Assembly (NCBI GenBank): GCA_964632555.1
Contig: CAZWDE010000002.1
Coordinates: forward strand, 1-42,619
Direction: 5' to 3'
Length of the DNA stretch: 42,619 bases
Origin: an uncultured Limibaculum sp.
GTDB taxonomy: Bacteria > Pseudomonadota > Alphaproteobacteria > Rhodobacterales > Rhodobacteraceae
Shown: one piece after another, positions 38,198-42,619 of the stretch
Numbering within the stretch: the first letter of the stretch is position 1
How the letters are laid out: the number at the start of each line of letters is the position of its first letter
Notes under the pieces: model-generated
Database searches by the model: none
The model's input: only the letters and a program-made list of their open reading frames with translations
Told to the model about the DNA's origin: nothing
Made by a program: the position numbers and the translations under genes

Positions 38198-39595
38198 ATG
38201 CGCGATCAGTCTGTCCAAGACCGCGGCGAGCCGGCGGGCGCCGCGCCCCCGCCCGCCGACCGGCCGGCGCCCAACCAGTTCGCGCTCCTCGGGCGGCGGC
38301 GCTTCCTGCCGCTCTTCCTCGTGCAGTTCCTCGGCGCCTTCAACGATCAGGTCTACCAGAAGGCCTTCGTCGCGCTCGTCACCTACCGGCTGGCCGACCA
38401 GGTGGGCCTGCCGCTCGAGCTGCTCGGCGTGATCGCCTCCGCGCTCTTCATCCTGCCCTTCGCCATCGTGACCCCCACGGCCGGCCAGATCGCCGACCGG
38501 GTGGACAAGGCGGTGATGATGCGCTGGGTCAAGGCGTGGGAAATCGTCGTGATGTGTCTCGCGGTGGTCGGCTATTTCACCCAGAACATCTGGTTCCTCT
38601 ACTTCGTGCTGTTCCTGATGGGCGCGCAGTCGGCGGTGTTCGCGCCGATCAAGTACTCGGTGCTGCCGCAGTATCTCCATCGCTCGGAGCTGGTCGGCGG
38701 CAACGGGCTGGTGCAGGGCTCGACCTTCCTCGCGATCATCTTCGGAACGATCCTCGGCAACGAGCTGATCCTGACCGAGCGGGGCGTGACGATCGTGTCC
38801 GTCCTCGTCGTCTCGGTCGCGATCGTGGGGTTCGTCTCGAGCCTCTTCACGCCGAGCGCGGGCCCCGTCGAGCTGACGCGCCGCCCCATCGACTGGGTGT
38901 TCCCGCGCGCGATCTGGCACCTGATCCAGCTCTGCCGGGGGGCGCCGGTCGCGTTCCGCACGATCCTCTTCATCTCGTGGTTCTGGTTCCTCGGCGCCAC
39001 CTTCCTGTCGCTCCTGCCGGCCTATGCCAAGGAGTCGCTCGGCGTCGACGAGGGGGTGCTCACCGTGCTGCTGGCCGGCTTCTCGATCGGCGTGGCGATC
39101 GGGGCGCTGTCGGTCGAGCGGCTGTCCCACGGGCGCGTCGGCTACGCGCTGCCCCCGGTCGGGGCGATCGGTCTCGCGGTGATGGCGATCGAGCTCTACA
39201 TCGCCACGCCCCCGCCGCCCGAGCCCGGCGCGGCGCTGATCACGCGCGCCGAGTTCTTCGCCGATCCGCGGGGCTGGCGCATCCTCGCCGATTTCGTGCT
39301 GCTCGCGGCCTTCGCCGGCGTCTATGTCACGCCGCTCAACACCGTGCTGCAGGCCGAGAGCCCGGATGGCCGGCGCGCGCAGTTCATCGCCTGTTCGAAC
39401 GTGATCGACGCGTCCTTCATGGTCGGCTCGGCGGCGGCGGTGGCGATCTTCGTGGCGTTCGGCCTCGGGGCGACCGAGGTTCTGGCGCTCGTCACGCTCT
39501 CGGCGCTGCCGATGGCCTTCCTCGTCGCCCGCCACGCGCCCGCGACCCGGATCGGCCGGCTGGCGCTGCGCGTCTGGCCGCGCGAGGGCGCGTGA
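38198..39595 (+). CDS. MFS transporter (LplT / AAS N-terminal-like)
   Basis: RRFLPLFLVQFLGAFND, AGQIADRVDKA, FAPIKYSVLPQ, ISWFWFLGA; GGAGG RBS. Confidence 0.92.
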   Translation: MRDQSVQDRGEPAGAAPPPADRPAPNQFALLGRRRFLPLFLVQFLGAFNDQVYQKAFVALVTYRLADQVGLPLELLGVIASALFILPFAIVTPTAGQIADRVDKAVMMRWVKAWEIVVMCLAVVGYFTQNIWFLYFVLFLMGAQSAVFAPIKYSVLPQYLHRSELVGGNGLVQGSTFLAIIFGTILGNELILTERGVTIVSVLVVSVAIVGFVSSLFTPSAGPVELTRRPIDWVFPRAIWHLIQLCRGAPVAFRTILFISWFWFLGATFLSLLPAYAKESLGVDEGVLTVLLAGFSIGVAIGALSVERLSHGRVGYALPPVGAIGLAVMAIELYIATPPPPEPGAALITRAEFFADPRGWRILADFVLLAAFAGVYVTPLNTVLQAESPDGRRAQFIACSNVIDASFMVGSAAAVAIFVAFGLGATEVLALVTLSALPMAFLVARHAPATRIGRLALRVWPREGA

Positions 39596-40053
39596 CGGGC
39601 CTGCGCCACCGGTTCTGGGAGCGGGTGCCGCTCGCGCGGATGACCCACGAGGAGTGGGAGGCGCTCTGCGACGGCTGCGCCCGGTGCTGCGTGCTGAAGC
39701 TCGAGGATGCCGACACCGGGCGGGTGCACTACACCGACATCGCCTGCCGGCTGCTCGACGCCGGAACCTGCCGTTGCGGCAACTACGAGCTGCGCCACCG
39801 GCTGGTCGAGGGCTGCGTGCGGCTGACCGCGGGCAACATCGCCACCGTCGCGGGCTGGCTGCCGCAGAGCTGCGCCTATCGCCGGCTGCACGAGGGGCGC
39901 GGGCTCGCCGAGTGGCACCCGCTGGTCTCGGGCGATCCCGAGAGCGTGCACCGCGCCGGCATCTCGGTGCGCGGGCGCACGGTGCCGGAATGGGAGGTCG
40001 CGGAGGAGGAGCAGGAGGACCGGATCCTGCCCGACGAGACCGGGGAGCCGTGA
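39592..40053 (+). CDS. YcgN family cysteine cluster protein (UPF0260)
   Basis: EWEALCDGCARCCVLKLED, IACRLLD, WLPQSCAYR, WHPLVSGD; GTG start overlaps the previous stop. Confidence 0.92.
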   Translation: MTGLRHRFWERVPLARMTHEEWEALCDGCARCCVLKLEDADTGRVHYTDIACRLLDAGTCRCGNYELRHRLVEGCVRLTAGNIATVAGWLPQSCAYRRLHEGRGLAEWHPLVSGDPESVHRAGISVRGRTVPEWEVAEEEQEDRILPDETGEP

Positions 40054-40121
40054 GCGGCGGGCCGCGCGCCCGCGCTTGACGGGGGCGCCGGCGCGCCGGA
40101 TGGTGCGCGCACGGAGGGGCG

Positions 40122-41177
40122 ATGATCTTCACGTCGGACAATGCGGCGGGCGTCGCGCCGGAGATCCTCGCCGCGGTCGGCCGCGCGGCCGAGGGGCCGG
40201 CGATGCCCTACGGCGCGGACCGGGTCACGGCGGCCGCCGAGGCGCGGGTCCGCGAGGTCTTCGAGGCGCCCGACGCGCGGGTCTTCCTCGTCGGCACCGG
40301 CACCGCGGCCAACGCGCTGGCGCTCGCCTGCCTCTGCCCGCCCTGGGGGACGGTCTACGCCCACGAGGAATCGCATGTGGAGCGGGACGAATGCGGCGCG
40401 CCCGAGTTCTTCACGGGCGGGGCGAAGCTCACGCTGATCGACGGCGACGGCGCCCGGATGCGTCCCGCCACGCTCGAGGCCAAGGCCGTCGACGCCGGGC
40501 GGCCCGGCGTGCACCATGTTCGCAACGGGGCCGTTTCGCTCACCCAGGCGACCGAGCAGGGCGCGGTCTACCCGGTCGCGGAGGTGGCGGCGATCGCCGA
40601 GATCGCGCGGGCGCACGGCATGGCGCTGCAGATGGACGGCACGCGCTTCGCCAACGCGCTGGTGCGGACCAATGCGAGCCCGGCGGGGATGAGCTGGCGC
40701 GCGGGGGTCGACGTCCTCTGCCTCGGCGCCACCAAGAACGGCGCGATGGCGGCGGAGGCGGTGATCCTCTTCGACCCCGCGAAGGCCGAGGAGTTCGAGC
40801 TGCGCCGCAAGCGCGGCGGGCACCTCTTCTCCAAGATGCGCTTCGTCGCGGCGCAGATGGACGCCTATCTCGCCGAGGGGCTCTGGCTCCGGCTGGCGGC
40901 GCGCGCCAACGCGATGGCCGACCGGCTCGCGGCGGGGATCGGCCGGGCGGGGGGCGCGCGCGTGCTGAACGAGGTGGGCGCCAACATCGTCTTCGCCGAG
41001 ATCCGGCGCGGCCAGCACCGGCGGCTCACCGAGGCCGGCGCGCGCTACTATGTCTGGCCGAAGGCGCAGCCGCTCGACGGCCCGGACGACGCGCCCGTCT
41101 CGGTGCGTCTCGTCTGCTCGCACGACACGACGGAGGACGAGGTCGACCGCTTCCTCGAGGTGGCCGCGGGCGCGTGA
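40122..41177 (+). CDS. ltaE: low-specificity L-threonine aldolase
   Basis: FTSDNAAG, TGTAANALAL, DECGAPEFFTGG, MDGTRFANA, LGATKNG (PLP Lys), GHLFSKMRF. Confidence 0.93.
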   Translation: MIFTSDNAAGVAPEILAAVGRAAEGPAMPYGADRVTAAAEARVREVFEAPDARVFLVGTGTAANALALACLCPPWGTVYAHEESHVERDECGAPEFFTGGAKLTLIDGDGARMRPATLEAKAVDAGRPGVHHVRNGAVSLTQATEQGAVYPVAEVAAIAEIARAHGMALQMDGTRFANALVRTNASPAGMSWRAGVDVLCLGATKNGAMAAEAVILFDPAKAEEFELRRKRGGHLFSKMRFVAAQMDAYLAEGLWLRLAARANAMADRLAAGIGRAGGARVLNEVGANIVFAEIRRGQHRRLTEAGARYYVWPKAQPLDGPDDAPVSVRLVCSHDTTEDEVDRFLEVAAGA

Positions 41178-41184
41178 GGCCCGC

Positions 41185-41550
41185 TCAGCCGATGAACTTC
41201 TTCACGGTCAGCTCGAGCTGCAGCTCGTTGAACGGCTTGACGATCCAGCCCGAGGCGCCGGCGCGCTTGCCGGCGCGCATCTTCTCCGCCTGCCCCTCGG
41301 TCGTGAGCATCACCATGGGCAGGCCGGCGAAGCGCTCCTCCTTGCGCACGGCGCTGATGAACTCGAGGCCGTCCATGTTGGGCATGTTGAGATCGGTGAT
41401 CACGAGATCGACCTTGGCGTGGCCGAGCCGCTCGAGGCCCTCCACGCCGTCCTCGGCCTCGAGGATCTCGTAGCCGAGCGGCTCGAGGGCGAAGCGGACC
41501 ATGTCGCGGATGCTGCGGCTGTCGTCGACGGCGAGAATCGTCTTGCTCAT
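41185..41550 (-). CDS. cheY: CheY-type single-domain response regulator
   Basis: MSKTILAVDDS, VITDLNMPNMDG, MLTTE, GASGWIVKPF; 121 aa. Confidence 0.93.
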   Translation of the reverse strand: MSKTILAVDDSRSIRDMVRFALEPLGYEILEAEDGVEGLERLGHAKVDLVITDLNMPNMDGLEFISAVRKEERFAGLPMVMLTTEGQAEKMRAGKRAGASGWIVKPFNELQLELTVKKFIG

Positions 41551-41852
41551 GGGGCGGCTCCGGGTGCGGCTGGTGTGACGGTGGCGCGGGCGGCCGCAGC
41601 GCGCGGGCCGAGGCGCAGCGTCAGCCCGGCCGCGGCGGCCGATCGCTCGGCGGCGACGAGGAGCTGCAGCGCCGCGGGATGGGCCGGCCCCTCGTGGATC
41701 TCGATCGCGAGCGCCGCGCCGCCGGCCTGGGCCGCGGCCAGCGCCTCCTGCAGCCGCGCGGCCGCCTCGCGCGCCTCCGGCAGCCCGAGGGCGGCGGGAA
41801 AGGCGACCTCCACCTCGGCGGGCGGCTGGGCGGCGGGCTCGGTGTCCGGCAT
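41547..41852 (-). CDS. STAS-domain protein (alphaproteobacterial CheX/CheS-like)
   Basis: 101 aa, FPAALGLPEA...LQLLVAAERSA...LTL; AGAGGAG RBS; ATGA-coupled to cheY, the position this gene takes in alphaproteobacterial che operons. Confidence 0.7.
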   Translation of the reverse strand: MPDTEPAAQPPAEVEVAFPAALGLPEAREAAARLQEALAAAQAGGAALAIEIHEGPAHPAALQLLVAAERSAAAAGLTLRLGPRAAAARATVTPAAPGAAP

Positions 41853-41908
41853 CCTCGGCTCCTCTCTCGCGGTTCGGCGGCGCTCGCGGGCGAGATAACA
41901 ATATCTTT

Positions 41909-41925
41909 GTAAAGGCGCGGCTAAC
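41909..41925. promoter_or_regulatory. degenerate CtrA-like site in the divergent che spacer
   Basis: GTAAA-N7-CTAAC within an AT-rich patch (41893-41925), with one mismatch per half-site relative to GTTAA-N7-TTAAC. Confidence 0.35.
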
Positions 41926-41992
41926 TGGGCGTGCGCCGGGGGGCCGGCGCGGGCCGGCCGCCGGTTTGGCCCGGGCTTGGCAGGGGGATCGC

Positions 41993-42619
41993 ATGCTGGG
42001 ACCGACCGAGAAGGAGCGGAGCGCGCGGCGCCGGCCGTCGCCCTTCGAGTCGCTGACCCGCCGGACCCGCGGGGCCTTCGAGACGCTGGCCGAGGCCACG
42101 CACAGCCTGCCGCGGATCGACGGCGGGCTGGCCGCGCGTCTGCGGCGGCCGATCGGCCGGCTGGTGGCCTGCGCGCAGCACCGCGACGTGTTCGACCAGC
42201 GGATCGCGCATATCGGCGCGGCGGTGGAGCGTTGGCCCGTGCTGTCGGCCGACCAGCGGGCGGCGGCGGCGACCGTGATCGCGTTGCAGCTCGTCGATCT
42301 CTCCGCGCTTCTCGAGAGGGCGGCGGGCGAGGCCGGGGCCGCCTTCCGCGCGGTTCTCGAGGAGGCCGAGCGCGCCGAGGCGGGTCATGCGGAAAGGGCG
42401 GGGCCGGTCGGCGAGGTGGGGCGGCGGGGCCTTCGGGCGGCGGCCGATCTCTCGGCGGCGAGCGACGTCGTCGCGGCCGAGGCGCACGCGCAGGCGGCGC
42501 TGGTGGATCCCGCGATCGACGCCGCCGCGATCCGCGCCGCCGATCTGGGCTGGATGATGGCGCTCTACACCATGGACGACGAGCGGCGGGTGCACCGGAT
42601 GGCGATCGCCCGGGCCGGC
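41993..42619 (+). CDS. chemotaxis-associated helical protein with CheZ-like DxxxQ motif (3'-truncated by window edge)
   Basis: Absent from the ORF track because no stop is reached. MLGPTEKERS...AQHRDVFDQRIAHI...LQL...LYTMDDERRVH; GGGGGA RBS. Confidence 0.65.
   Translation, partial: MLGPTEKERSARRRPSPFESLTRRTRGAFETLAEATHSLPRIDGGLAARLRRPIGRLVACAQHRDVFDQRIAHIGAAVERWPVLSADQRAAAATVIALQLVDLSALLERAAGEAGAAFRAVLEEAERAEAGHAERAGPVGEVGRRGLRAAADLSAASDVVAAEAHAQAALVDPAIDAAAIRAADLGWMMALYTMDDERRVHRMAIARAG

Noticed and set aside
41967-41982. sigma54-like TGGCCCG-N4-TGGCA upstream of the CheZ-motif ORF
   Set aside because: It would place the TSS at about the ATG and exclude the evident SD. The -12 element is imperfect and such matches are common in GC-rich DNA.

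Overview
A very GC-rich alphaproteobacterial (Rhodobacterales-like) chromosomal segment with about 38 protein-coding genes and one tRNA-Thr(GGT). I see no integrase, transposase, prophage or CRISPR array. Housekeeping and transport genes include the 3' part of gatA, murA-DUF2948, a TRAP transporter, a peptide-type ABC transporter without a binding protein, M17 peptidase-NlpC/P60-mltB and ltaE. Six features stand out. (1) A four-gene operon, cphB-cphA-ATP-grasp ligase-CocE/NonD hydrolase, may be an extended cyanophycin or peptide-polymer pathway. (2) A methionine-R-sulfoxide-reductase-type GAF domain is fused to a TVGYG potassium-channel pore. (3) An orphan Tad minor-pilin cassette has a TadG with nested inserted domains and sits behind a CtrA-like box. 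(4) A His-loop outer-membrane barrel lies behind a near-perfect Zur box. (5) A PhoA-family phosphatase appears to lack its zinc-binding histidines. (6) A dynamin-like protein has all four GTPase motifs degenerate. All calls come from reading motifs by eye; no database searches were run.
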